A program made the translations under genes and the position numbers. A stretch of 64,000 nt of DNA, from positions 778,590 through 842,589 of the forward strand of contig CAWDWR010000003.1 of the NCBI GenBank assembly GCA_963806085.1. Direction: 5' to 3'. This stretch comes from an uncultured Acidobacteriota bacterium. Its GTDB lineage: Bacteria; Acidobacteriota; Vicinamibacteria; Vicinamibacterales; JAKQTR01. Below the pieces are notes generated by a model. That model saw only the letters and a program-made list of their open reading frames with translations. It was not told the origin of the DNA and searched no databases. Position 1 is the first letter of the stretch. The number at the start of each line of letters is the position of its first letter. Positions 11,680-21,041 of the stretch are shown piece after piece.

Positions 11680-12281
11680 TCGCGTCGCTTCGCGGCCGGC
11701 TCGCCGCGAAAGAGCCGAACCGGATCATCGTCGACGTCGGCGGAGTCGGCTACGACGTGGCCGTGCCGCTGTCGACCTACTACACGCTCGGCGACGCCGG
11801 GTCGGACGTGTCGCTGCGCGTGCACACGCACGTGCGCGAGGACACGCTCGCGCTCTACGGGTTCTCGACGACGCTGGAGCTCCAGATCTTCGAGCGGCTG
11901 ATCGGCATCAGCGGCATCGGGCCGAAGCTGGCGCTCGCCGTGCTGTCGGGCATCGAGGTGGCCGACCTCGTGCGCGCGGTGCAACTCGGCGACGTGGGGC
12001 GGCTCACGGCCATTCCCGGCATCGGCAGGAAGACCGCCGAACGGATCGGCCTGGAGCTGAAGGACAAGCTCCCGAAGGGCCTCATCGAGGAGGCCGCGGC
12101 GGGCGCCGGGGCCGGCGATCGGGGCGGCGAGCTGCGCCACGACCTGCTCTCGGCGCTGCTGAACCTGGGATATCATCGGCCCCTCGCCGAAAAGGCCGTC
12201 GACGCGGCGCTGGCCCGGGCCGAGTCGCCGGCATTCGAGACCGTGCTGAAGCAGGCGCTGCGCGAGCTGGCGCGCGGGTAA
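11676..12281 (+). CDS. ruvA: Holliday junction branch migration protein RuvA
   Basis: MIASLRGRLAAKEPNRIIVDVGGVGYDV...GIGPKLALAVLS...IPGIGRKTAERI. ATGA overlap with ruvC. Confidence 0.92.
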   Translation: MIASLRGRLAAKEPNRIIVDVGGVGYDVAVPLSTYYTLGDAGSDVSLRVHTHVREDTLALYGFSTTLELQIFERLIGISGIGPKLALAVLSGIEVADLVRAVQLGDVGRLTAIPGIGRKTAERIGLELKDKLPKGLIEEAAAGAGAGDRGGELRHDLLSALLNLGYHRPLAEKAVDAALARAESPAFETVLKQALRELARG

Positions 12282-12323
12282 TCGGGGCGGGTCCGCTCGC
12301 GGACCCGTCGCCAGAGACGAGGC

Positions 12324-13349
<1,026 letters not shown>

Positions 13350-13357
13350 ACGGGAAC

Positions 13358-14351
13358 ATGCTCAGGAAGACGCGCATCAGCTCGCTGGCGACCTACGTCC
13401 CGCCGACGATCCTCGACAATCACACGCTCAGCCAGATGGTCGAGACCACCGACGAGTGGATCCTCCAGCGCACGGGGATCAAGACGCGCCACATTGTCGA
13501 GAAGGGGGTCGCGACGTCGGACATGGGGAAGGAAGCGGCGCTGAAGGCTCTGGCGAACGCCGGCCTGGCGCCCGACGACATCGACCTCATCATCGTCGGC
13601 ACCACCACGCCGGACATGTTCTTCCCGAGCACGGCGGCGCTGGTGCAGCACAAGATCGGCGCGACGAAGTGCTGGGGCTTCGACCTGGCCGGGGCGTGCT
13701 CCGGGTTCACCTTCTCGCTGAGCGTGGCGAGCCAGTTGGTGTCGACCGGCAGGCACAACCGGGCGCTCGTGATCGGCGCCGACACGATGTCGAGCATCAT
13801 CGACTACACCGATCGCACCACGTGCGTGCTCTTCGGCGACGGCGCCGGCGCGGTCGTCGTCGAGCCGGCCGTGGAGGACGGGCTCGAGATCCTCGGGTTC
13901 GAGCACGAAATCGACGGGAGCGGCGGCCCGGCGCTGCAGATGCCGGCGGGCGGGAGCCTCAACCCGGCGTCGCACGAGACCGTCGAGAAGCGGATGCACT
14001 ACGTCAAGCAGGACGGCCAGGCGGTATTCAAGTTCGCCGTCCGCAAGACCGAGGAAATCGCGCTGCGCGTGCTCGAGAAGACCGGCCATACGGCTGACGA
14101 GCTGGCGCTCTTCGTGTCGCACCAGGCGAACCGCCGCATCATCATGTCGGCGGCCGACGCGGCTCGGCCTGCCGGAGTCGAAGGTGATGATCAACATCGA
14201 GGACTACGGCAACACCACGGCCGCCACCATCCCGCTGGCGCTCGAAGACGCGATCAAGCAGGGGCGCCTCAAGAAGGGCGACCTCGTGCTGCTGGCCTCC
14301 GTGGGCGCCGGGTTCACCGTCGGATCGGTCCTCCTGCGCTGGGCGATCTGA
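13358..14351 (+). pseudogene. fabH: beta-ketoacyl-ACP synthase III; one frame break (~14160)
   Basis: TSDEWILQRTGIKTRH, active-site [14 protein letters not shown]. The tail is in the next frame ([27 protein letters not shown]...[13 protein letters not shown]). Confidence 0.85.
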
Positions 14352-14354
14352 AGC

Positions 14355-14378
14355 GGGGTCAGAGTCGACTCTGACCCC
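14355..14378 (+). terminator. perfect 24-nt palindrome hairpin downstream of fabH
   Basis: GGGGTCAGAG TCGA CTCTGACCCC, giving a 10-bp stem and a 4-nt loop, 4 nt after the fabH stop. No U tract. Confidence 0.45.
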
Positions 14379-14390
14379 GTTGACTCGACC

Positions 14391-14865
14391 ATGACCATCG
14401 ACCGCGCCAGGCGAATCGAACTGCTGCGGCGGTGGAGCCGGCTGATGGACTCGGCTTACCGCGTGCCGGGCACGTCGATCCGCTTCGGCTGGGATCCCAT
14501 CGTCGGCCTCGTGCCTGGCGTCGGGGACGCCGCCACGGCGTCGTTCGCGGCGACGATCCTCTACCACGCGTACCGTCTCGGCGTGCCGCGCGTGGTGCTC
14601 GTCAGGATGGTGCTGAACACCCTGATCGACCTCCTCGTCGGGCTTGTGCCGTTTGCCGGCGATCTGGCCGACATCGCCTGGAAGTCGAACAGCCTGAACC
14701 TCGCGCTGCTCGAACGTCACGAGCGCCCCGAGCGTGACGCCGACGAGCGGGGACTGGGCGATCGTGCTGCTCGCATTCACCGTCGTCGGCGGTGTGCTGG
14801 CGCTGGTGCTGCTGTCGGCGGCGATGATGGCCTACACGCTGCTCCGACCCTTCTTCTCGCCATGA
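14391..14865 (+). pseudogene. DUF4112 membrane protein; one frame break (~14720)
   Basis: GWDPIVGLVPGVGDAATA...LVGLVPFAGDLADIAWKSN. The hydrophobic tail is in the next frame and ends TGA 14863..14865, overlapping the queA ATG. Confidence 0.6.
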
Positions 14866-15908
14866 AGGTGTCCGATTTCTCGTTCGAACTGCCCGCCGAT
14901 CTGGTGGCGCAGTTCCCGCCCGAACAGCGGGGTTCGTCCCGCCTGCTGGTGCTGAATCGGCGCACGGGCGCCACCACGCACGCCGTGGTTCGCGACATGG
15001 CGGGCGTCGTGAATCCCGGCGACCTGATGGTGTTCAACGACACCCGCGTGTTCCCCGCGAGGCTCATCGGCGAACGGGAACCCGGCGGCGGAGCGGTGGA
15101 AGTGATGCTCGTCTCTCGCGTGGATGACGAGCGGTGGGAAGCGCTCGTGCATCCCGGGCAGCGGATGCGGCCGGGCAGGCTGGTGCGATTCGAGCGCGGC
15201 GGCCGCACGCTTCACGGGGAGGTGCTCGAGGAGCGGTACTTCGGCCGCCGCCTCGTGCGTTTCTGGACCCGCGACGCGGGGACGGTGATGGACGCCATCG
15301 AGGCAATCGGGCACATCCCGCTGCCGCCGTACATCAAGCGGCCGGATCTCGATCTCGACCGCGAGCGGTACCAGACCGTCTTCGCCCGTGAAGCCGGGTC
15401 GATTGCGGCCCCCACGGCGGGCCTGCACTTCACCGACGCCATCCTCCGGTCGCTCGACGAGGCGCGCGTCGAGCGCGCGACGATCACGCTGCACGTGGGC
15501 TACGGCACCTTCAAGCCCGTGCGCGCGACCGACGTGGACGATCACACCGTCGACCCCGAGCGCTACGCGATCAGCGCGGAGGCGGCCGCCCGCGTCAACG
15601 CCGCGCTCGACACAGGCCGACGGGTCATCGTCGTCGGCACGACGACGATGCGCGCGCTGGAGTCGGCGGCGGAGCGGGGCGGCGGCCGGGTCGTCGCTGG
15701 CGCGGCCGAGACGAGCCTCTTCATCCACCCGGGCCACCGCTTCCTCGTGGCGGGCGGCCTCGTCACCAACTTCCACCTGCCGGCCTCGTCGCTGCTGATG
15801 CTCGTCGCGGCCTTCGCCGGGCGCGAGACCGTGCTGGACGCCTACCGGGAGGCCGTGGCCGAGCGCTACCGTTTCTACAGCTATGGCGACGCGATGTTCG
15901 TGGAATGA
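14862..15908 (+). CDS. queA: tRNA preQ1(34) S-adenosylmethionine ribosyltransferase-isomerase
   Basis: MKVSDFSFELPADLVAQFP...IPLPPYIKR...APTAGLHFT...NFHLPASSLLMLV...YRFYSYGDAMF. Intact. Confidence 0.93.
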   Translation: MKVSDFSFELPADLVAQFPPEQRGSSRLLVLNRRTGATTHAVVRDMAGVVNPGDLMVFNDTRVFPARLIGEREPGGGAVEVMLVSRVDDERWEALVHPGQRMRPGRLVRFERGGRTLHGEVLEERYFGRRLVRFWTRDAGTVMDAIEAIGHIPLPPYIKRPDLDLDRERYQTVFAREAGSIAAPTAGLHFTDAILRSLDEARVERATITLHVGYGTFKPVRATDVDDHTVDPERYAISAEAAARVNAALDTGRRVIVVGTTTMRALESAAERGGGRVVAGAAETSLFIHPGHRFLVAGGLVTNFHLPASSLLMLVAAFAGRETVLDAYREAVAERYRFYSYGDAMFVE

Positions 15909-15922
15909 TGCGACGCCTGATA

Positions 15923-15928
15923 TAGAAT
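15923..15928 (+). promoter_or_regulatory. possible -10 element (TAGAAT within TATAGAATCGGCGC) upstream of lgt
   Basis: An AT-rich hexamer in a GC-rich spacer, 38 nt before the lgt ATG. The same 14-15-nt motif recurs at 19506. Confidence 0.3.
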
Positions 15929-15965
15929 CGGCGCCGTTCCCGCGACAACGGAGGGCGCTGCGACG

Positions 15966-16922
15966 ATGCCGGGCCCCTGGGTTCACAACATCGACCCGAT
16001 CATCGGCACCGTCTTCGGGGTCCATCTCTGGTGGTACGGCCTGAGCTACGCGCTCGGGTTCCTCAACGCGCACCTCTTCTTCGGGCGCCGGCGCGCCGAG
16101 CTCGGCCTCTCGGTGCGCGAGGTCTACGAACTGTCGCTGCTCCTCTCGTTGGGCGTACTCGCCGGCGGCCGCCTGCTCTGCGTCTACTACGAACGGGCGT
16201 TCTACCGCGACCATCCCGCCCTGATCCCGGCGGTTTGGATTGGCGGCCTGGCCACGCACGGCCTGATTCTTGGCGGGCTCGCCGGCGTCGTGGTCTTCTG
16301 CCTGCTGCGGCGCAAGCCGATGCTCGTGATGCTGGACGCGCTGGCCATCCCTGCCGCGCTCATCCTCTGCGTCGGGCGCATCGGGAACTTCATCGACGGG
16401 CAGATCGTGGGCAGCGTCACCAGCGTGCCATGGGCTGTGAAGTTCCCCGACGCCGAGGGCTTCCGCCATCCCGTCGTGCTCTACGACGGCCTCAAGAACC
16501 TGCTCATCGCGCCCGTGCTCATGCATGCCAGGCGGCGCGGCGTCCCTCCGGGCGGGCTCGCGGCGCGGTTCCTGTTCCTGTACGCCTTCCTGCGGATCTT
16601 CATCGACTACTTCCGCGAGTACCCGCTGACGTTCCTCGGCCTGCCTGCAGGGCAGACCATGAACATCCTGATGTCGGTGGCCGGCGTCGCGCTGCTGTGG
16701 CGCAATCGAAGGCGGCCGATGGTGCGGGTGACGGTCCCGTCGGCCCGTGAGAACCCGGCTGGCCTCTGGTGGCGCCGCGCCCTGTTCGCCTGCGTCGTGG
16801 TCGGGTCGCTGTCCATCCCGAGCGACGCGACGCGCGACATTCCGGCGAAGTACGGCACGCGGCACCCCGGCCTCGTGCACTCGCGGATGTACCCGGCGAT
16901 TCCCGACCCGCCGCAGAAGTAG
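15966..16922 (+). CDS. lgt: prolipoprotein diacylglyceryl transferase
   Basis: VHLWWYGLSYALGF...GRIGNFIDGQIVG...HPVVLYDGLKNL. Intact 318 aa. Confidence 0.9.
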   Translation: MPGPWVHNIDPIIGTVFGVHLWWYGLSYALGFLNAHLFFGRRRAELGLSVREVYELSLLLSLGVLAGGRLLCVYYERAFYRDHPALIPAVWIGGLATHGLILGGLAGVVVFCLLRRKPMLVMLDALAIPAALILCVGRIGNFIDGQIVGSVTSVPWAVKFPDAEGFRHPVVLYDGLKNLLIAPVLMHARRRGVPPGGLAARFLFLYAFLRIFIDYFREYPLTFLGLPAGQTMNILMSVAGVALLWRNRRRPMVRVTVPSARENPAGLWWRRALFACVVVGSLSIPSDATRDIPAKYGTRHPGLVHSRMYPAIPDPPQK

Positions 16923-16926
16923 CGGT

Positions 16927-16953
16927 GCGGGCGGGGATAGAGGGGCGGCCCGC
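16927..16953 (+). terminator. weak hairpin after lgt
   Basis: GCGGGC...GCCCGC stem followed by GTTGGTT. Confidence 0.3.
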
Positions 16954-16980
16954 GTTGGTTCGTGACCCTGACTGTCGGGT

Positions 16981-17961
16981 ATGCTGTGGACGGTTTCTGG
17001 ATCGAGGTGCGCCGTGCCATTTCCCTACGAAGAGTTCGACCTCGCCGACGTCGCCACGTATCCGCTCGCGAAGCGGGCGAGCAAGGTGAAGGCGGAGGAC
17101 TTCGCGAAGCCGCACGTAAAGGGCAGCGGCGCCTCGGCCTTCCTCGACGGTCTCCCGAACATCCTCGCGGCCGCGGAATTCAGGGCGGTGGTGCATGCCA
17201 TCGTCGAGGCCCGCCGATCCGGCGGCGGGATCATCTGGGGCTTCGGCGCACACGTCCTCAAGACGGGGCTGTCGCCCATCCTGGTCGATCTCGCCGAGCG
17301 GGGATTCGTGTCGGCGTTCGCGACCAACGGCGCCGGCATCATCCACGATTTCGAGATCGCACTGGCCGGCTCCACCTCCGAGGACGTCGACGCCGCGCTG
17401 GGGCCTGGACGGTTCGGCATGGCCGACGAGACCGGGCGGCTGCTCAACGGCGCCATCAAGGACGGAGTGGCGAAGGGCCTGGGCCTCGGACAGTCAGTGG
17501 CCGCGTACCTGGCGGAGGTGAAGCCGCCGTTCGCCCCTGTCAGCATCGCCTGTGCGTCCGCGCGCCTGGGCATCCCGCTGACGGCGCACGTCGCGCTCGG
17601 CACCGACATCATCCACATGCACCCGGCTGCGTCGGGCGCGGCGATCGGCGAAGGCAGCCTGCGCGACTTCCGCTACTTCACGTCGAGTGTCGCGAAGCTG
17701 GACCGCGGCGTGTATCTCAACTGCGGGTCGGCCGTCGTGCTGCCCGAGGTGTTCCTGAAGGCCGTCGCCCTGGCGCGCAACCGCGGCATCGCGCTCAGCG
17801 GCCTCACGACCGTCAATCTCGACTTCATGCGCCTCTACCGCCCGCAGACCAATGTCGTCATCCGGCCGCCAGCCGGCACGGGCGGCAAGGGCTACAGCCT
17901 TGTCGGGCACCACGAGATCCTGATTCCGCTGCTCGCCGCGGCGATCATCGAGGCGGCGTAG
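16981..17961 (+). CDS. deoxyhypusine synthase-like family protein
   Basis: Intact ORF with GFGAHVLKTGLSPILVDLAERGFVSAFATNGAGIIHDFEIALAGSTSEDV. A GTG at 17014 preceded by GAGGTG is a better start than the ATG at 16981. Confidence 0.45.
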   Translation: MLWTVSGSRCAVPFPYEEFDLADVATYPLAKRASKVKAEDFAKPHVKGSGASAFLDGLPNILAAAEFRAVVHAIVEARRSGGGIIWGFGAHVLKTGLSPILVDLAERGFVSAFATNGAGIIHDFEIALAGSTSEDVDAALGPGRFGMADETGRLLNGAIKDGVAKGLGLGQSVAAYLAEVKPPFAPVSIACASARLGIPLTAHVALGTDIIHMHPAASGAAIGEGSLRDFRYFTSSVAKLDRGVYLNCGSAVVLPEVFLKAVALARNRGIALSGLTTVNLDFMRLYRPQTNVVIRPPAGTGGKGYSLVGHHEILIPLLAAAIIEAA

Positions 17962-18029
17962 GGAGCAGGCGAGAGCCGAGAGGCGAGGGGGGATAGGGAT
18001 CGTCCCCTTGCCTGCCCGCCTCGAACGAT

Positions 18030-18048
18030 GTATCTTCTTTGTAGATAC
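18030..18048. promoter_or_regulatory. short palindrome upstream of mazE (possible operator)
   Basis: GTATCT-N7-AGATAC in a locally AT-richer stretch, 31 nt before the mazE ATG. Confidence 0.25.
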
Positions 18049-18078
18049 CTTCGATCCCTGCCGTGAGGGAGTTTCCCA

Positions 18079-18321
18079 ATGAAGGCAACAATCCAGAAGT
18101 GGGGAAACAGTCTGGCGCTCAGGATTCCCAAGGCGTTTGCCGATGAGCTCGGGTTGGAACGGGATTCGCTAGTGGAATTGACCATGACGAAGAAGACCCT
18201 GGTGGTGGCGCCCGCGCCGAAGGCAGGTCCTCTACTCGCGGACCTGCTGAAGCGGGTAAGTCGCGAGAACATCCACGCCGAAACGGAACTCGGATCGCCG
18301 GTCGGGCGCGAGGCATGGTGA
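18079..18321 (+). CDS. mazE: MazE/AbrB-SpoVT family antitoxin
   Basis: MKATIQKWGNSLALRIPKAFADELGL. 80 aa. Overlaps the toxin gene by 7 nt. Confidence 0.85.
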   Translation: MKATIQKWGNSLALRIPKAFADELGLERDSLVELTMTKKTLVVAPAPKAGPLLADLLKRVSRENIHAETELGSPVGREAW

Positions 18322-18668
18322 GCGTCAGCGGCTACGCGCCGAATGCGGGAGACCTGCTCTGGCTGACGTTCTCCCCGACGGAAGGGCATGAGCAGTCAGG
18401 CAGGCGTCCGGCGCTGGTGCTTTCGCCCGCGGCCTACAATGCCCGCGTGGGACTCGCGATCTGCTGCCCGGTCACAAGTCAGGTCAAGGGATACCCATTC
18501 GAAGTCGAACTGCCGGCGGGCCTGCCGGTCAGGGGCGCCATCCTCGCTGACCAGGTGAGAAGCGTGGACTGGCGGTCTCGCCGCGCCGAGCTGGCGTGCC
18601 GCGCCCCTGCGGGCGTCCTGGCCCAAGTGATGAGCCTGTTGGCCGTGCTGCTGCCGCTTCCCGACTGA
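18315..18668 (+). CDS. mazF: MazF/PemK family endoribonuclease toxin
   Basis: GDLLWLTFSPTEGHEQSGRRPALVLSPAAYNARVGLAICCPVTSQVKGYPFEV. 117 aa. Confidence 0.85.
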   Translation: MVSVSGYAPNAGDLLWLTFSPTEGHEQSGRRPALVLSPAAYNARVGLAICCPVTSQVKGYPFEVELPAGLPVRGAILADQVRSVDWRSRRAELACRAPAGVLAQVMSLLAVLLPLPD

Positions 18669-18675
18669 CCCGGCG

Positions 18676-19482
18676 TCACACGTTCCGGGTCGCCAGCACC
18701 TCTCTCGCCGGCGTGCGATCGCCCGTGCAGTTGATCCGGCGTGGAGCGGTGAGGAAGCGCACCTCATAGCCCAGCCGCTTGTAGAGCGCGACGATGCGCG
18801 GCGTGGCCTGATTCGACAGCACCACCGGACCCGGATGGCGCGCGAGCCACTCGGCGGCGCGCACCTGATCGTCCCACGAGAAACGTCCCCTGGCGTACTG
18901 CGTGAACGGCACATCGTACGGCGGGTCCGCGTAGACGAAGTCGCCCGGCCTCAGGCGAAGCGCTTCGAAGTCGACGCTCGAGAACTCCCACCGCGAGAAC
19001 ACCGGGCGGTACGCGGAAAAGTCGCGGACGTACGCGATGCGGGCGTAGCTGCCGAAGGGCACGTTGAACTCGCCGCGGCTGTTGAAGCGGCAGAGGCCGT
19101 TGAAACCAGTGCGGTTCAAGTAGTAGAAGAGCGACGCCGCCTCGGCCGTGTGCCCCCGGCCGGCCGCGAGGAGCGCGTTGAAGAACTTCCGGTAGGCGTA
19201 GTAGGTCTCCGAGGAGTTCTCCATCGGCACGTTGATCACGAGTCCGCGCGCCAGTAGGCGGTAGAGGCTGATCAGGTGCGGGTTGACGTCGTTGAGCAGG
19301 GCGCGCCGCGGCTGCAGCCCCAGCACCATGGCCAGTCCGCCGCAGAACGGTTCGACCAGCCGGCGGCGAGCGTGGTCCTGCCAGATCCGGCGCACGCGCG
19401 GCACGAGCCAGCGCTTTCCGCCGGCCCACTTGAGCGGCGGGCGCAGGGGGTGCAGCAGGGCGGAGGACGCCGCGGCGTTCAT
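18676..19482 (-). CDS. dam: Dam-family site-specific DNA adenine-N6 methyltransferase (no adjacent endonuclease)
   Basis: LKWAGGKRWL, EPFCGGLAM (motif I), YADPPYD (motif IV). The ORF track extends to a TTG at 19524. I prefer the ATG at 19482 because a promoter-like motif for the divergent gene sits at 19506-19520. Confidence 0.85.
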   Translation of the reverse strand: MNAAASSALLHPLRPPLKWAGGKRWLVPRVRRIWQDHARRRLVEPFCGGLAMVLGLQPRRALLNDVNPHLISLYRLLARGLVINVPMENSSETYYAYRKFFNALLAAGRGHTAEAASLFYYLNRTGFNGLCRFNSRGEFNVPFGSYARIAYVRDFSAYRPVFSRWEFSSVDFEALRLRPGDFVYADPPYDVPFTQYARGRFSWDDQVRAAEWLARHPGPVVLSNQATPRIVALYKRLGYEVRFLTAPRRINCTGDRTPAREVLATRNV

Positions 19483-19507
19483 CGCCGCCAGTATACGGGC
19501 GTTGGTA

Positions 19508-19513
19508 TAGAAT
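19508..19513 (+). promoter_or_regulatory. possible -10 element (TAGAAT within TATAGAATCGGGCGC) upstream of the DUF4199 gene
   Basis: Same motif as at 15921. It lies 50 nt before the ATG at 19563. Confidence 0.3.
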
Positions 19514-19562
19514 CGGGCGCTCAACCAGTATTCAACAGTGCCGTGCTGGCGAGGAGTGAACC

Positions 19563-20039
19563 ATGAACGTTCCGATCCGGGCGGGAGTCTTGCTGGGTGT
19601 GCTGTGCGTCTTCTGGACGTTCATGATGGGGATCACCGGCTGGTACAAGGATCCGGTGATGCTGAACCTGTTCTTCCTGGTGATCCCGCTCGAGATTGGG
19701 ATTGTCGTCTGGGCGCTCAGGAAGACAGCCGCGGGCGCGACATGGGGCGGCCAGATCGTGAACGGGCTGGTCCTGTCGGTGGTGGCCAGCGTGATCATCT
19801 TCGCGGGATCGCTCCTGTTCACGACAGTGGCGTTCCCGAACTACTTCAACGACATCCAGGCCGCGCAGACGGAGATGCTGAAGTCCGCCGGGATGTCCGC
19901 GGACCAGATCAAGTCGCAGGTCGCGGCCTCTGCGGCGATGCAGACGCCGTTCATGAATGCCATCAGCGGCGTCATCGGCACCGTCGTCACCGGGGTGGTG
20001 GTCGCCGCGATCGCCGGCGCGTTCCTGCGGAAGAAGTAG
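19563..20039 (+). CDS. DUF4199 family membrane protein
   Basis: Intact 158-aa ORF with four hydrophobic helices (GVLLGVLCVFWTFMMGITGWYKDP...). Confidence 0.6.
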   Translation: MNVPIRAGVLLGVLCVFWTFMMGITGWYKDPVMLNLFFLVIPLEIGIVVWALRKTAAGATWGGQIVNGLVLSVVASVIIFAGSLLFTTVAFPNYFNDIQAAQTEMLKSAGMSADQIKSQVAASAAMQTPFMNAISGVIGTVVTGVVVAAIAGAFLRKK

Positions 20040-20073
20040 GCGGCGGCGCCGTCGAGTCCAGGCGTGCCTGACG

Positions 20074-20784
20074 CTACTTGATCGTGGCGGTCAGCACGAC
20101 GCGCATGCGGATCTCGATCTCACCCGATGCCACCGGGACCGCGCCGCCCACCATCACCGCTTCCTGCACCTGGGCGCCTCTACCGTAGGGCTCGGGTCCG
20201 GCGAATGCCACGCGCTCCTCCGCGATACGGATGATCCGATCGAGGGACTTGCCGGCGCCCGCTGCCAGGGCCTCGGCGCGAGCCCTGGCGATGCCGACAG
20301 CGGATTTCAGCGCCTCTTCCTCGAGTGCTTCCCGATCCCGCCGGTCGAAGCGCACGCCACCGACGCTGGTGGCGCCGGCCGTCGTGGCCACGGTCATCAC
20401 TTCGCCGGCGCGGCTCACGTCGTCGAACCGCACGACGATGGAATGGCTGTCCATGTATCCCTGCCGCACGCGGGCGTTGTTGACCGTCTCCCAGTTCTCG
20501 GAAACATACAGGCCGGTGGTCATCACCTGGCCGCCCGGGAGCTTGAGCGCTTCAATCGCATCCTGGACGGCCTTCATGGCGGCGGTGCCTCTTGCCTGCG
20601 CCTCTTGAGGTGACTGTCCCCGCGCCACGGTGGAGAACGAGATGATGACGCGGTCCGGCGGCCTGCGGATCACCGCTTCGCCCATGCTCGAAACGGTGGC
20701 TTGTGCCTGGATCTGTTCTTGAGCCGTCGCGACCAGGGCGGTGGCCGCGACCAGAACGAACACGATTCCGAACAGACGCAACAT
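20074..20784 (-). CDS. SIMPL (DUF541, BP26/Omp28-like) periplasmic protein
   Basis: The start at MLRLFGIVFVLVAATALVATAQ gives a signal peptide. ...SIVVRFDDVSRAGEVMTVATTAGATSVGGVRFD...ALKSAVGIARARAEALA. Confidence 0.75.
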   Translation of the reverse strand: MLRLFGIVFVLVAATALVATAQEQIQAQATVSSMGEAVIRRPPDRVIISFSTVARGQSPQEAQARGTAAMKAVQDAIEALKLPGGQVMTTGLYVSENWETVNNARVRQGYMDSHSIVVRFDDVSRAGEVMTVATTAGATSVGGVRFDRRDREALEEEALKSAVGIARARAEALAAGAGKSLDRIIRIAEERVAFAGPEPYGRGAQVQEAVMVGGAVPVASGEIEIRMRVVLTATIK

Positions 20785-20853
20785 GACGACCTCCGGTTCC
20801 GGCGTCCCTGATATCCTCGCAGCGTACCACTCGGGCCTCAAGGCTGAATTCTA

Positions 20854-20888
20854 CTAGCCCCTAGCCCCTCGTCCCTACCCCCTGCTAG
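20854..20888. repeat. tandem heptamer array (CTAGCCC CTAGCCC CTCGTCC CTACCCC CTGCTAG), single arm
   Basis: Direct reading. Same unit family as the right arms at 49825 and 53445. No complementary arm nearby. Confidence 0.8.
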
Positions 20889-20891
20889 AAT
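20886..20891 (+). promoter_or_regulatory. possible -10 element (TAGAAT) for the tRNA
   Basis: Ends 10 nt before the mature tRNA 5' end. No convincing -35 element. Confidence 0.35.
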
Positions 20892-20901
20892 AGGATGTTA
20901 C

Positions 20902-20978
20902 GCCGGTGTAGCTCAGATGGTTAGAGCACGCGGCTCATATCCGCGGAGTCCGGGGTTCAAGTCCCTGCACCGGCACCA
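20902..20978 (+). tRNA. tRNA with CAT anticodon: elongator tRNA-Met or lysidine-dependent tRNA-Ile2 (not an initiator)
   Basis: The cloverleaf folds by hand. Acceptor GCCGGTG/CACCGGC, D arm GCTC-AGATGGTTA-GAGC, anticodon stem CGCGG/CCGCG with loop CTCATAT, T arm CGGGG-TTCAAGT-CCCTG, encoded CCA. G1-C72 and the lack of a GGG/CCC anticodon stem argue against tRNA-fMet. Confidence 0.9.
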
Positions 20979-20984
20979 TTTGCT

Positions 20985-21029
20985 GCGAGGGGTCAGGCGT
21001 TGACGCGCCAGACCCCTCGCGTCTTTTCT
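20985..21029 (+). terminator. Rho-independent terminator after the tRNA
   Basis: 10-bp stem GCGAGGGGTC / GACCCCTCGC with a 16-nt loop, followed by GTCTTTTCT. Confidence 0.65.
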
Positions 21030-21041
21030 GCGCCGTCTTCT

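Noticed and set aside
18676-19524. Complete restriction-modification system around the Dam-type methylase.
   Set aside because: No endonuclease-like ORF lies on either side. The neighbours are mazF and a DUF4199 membrane protein.
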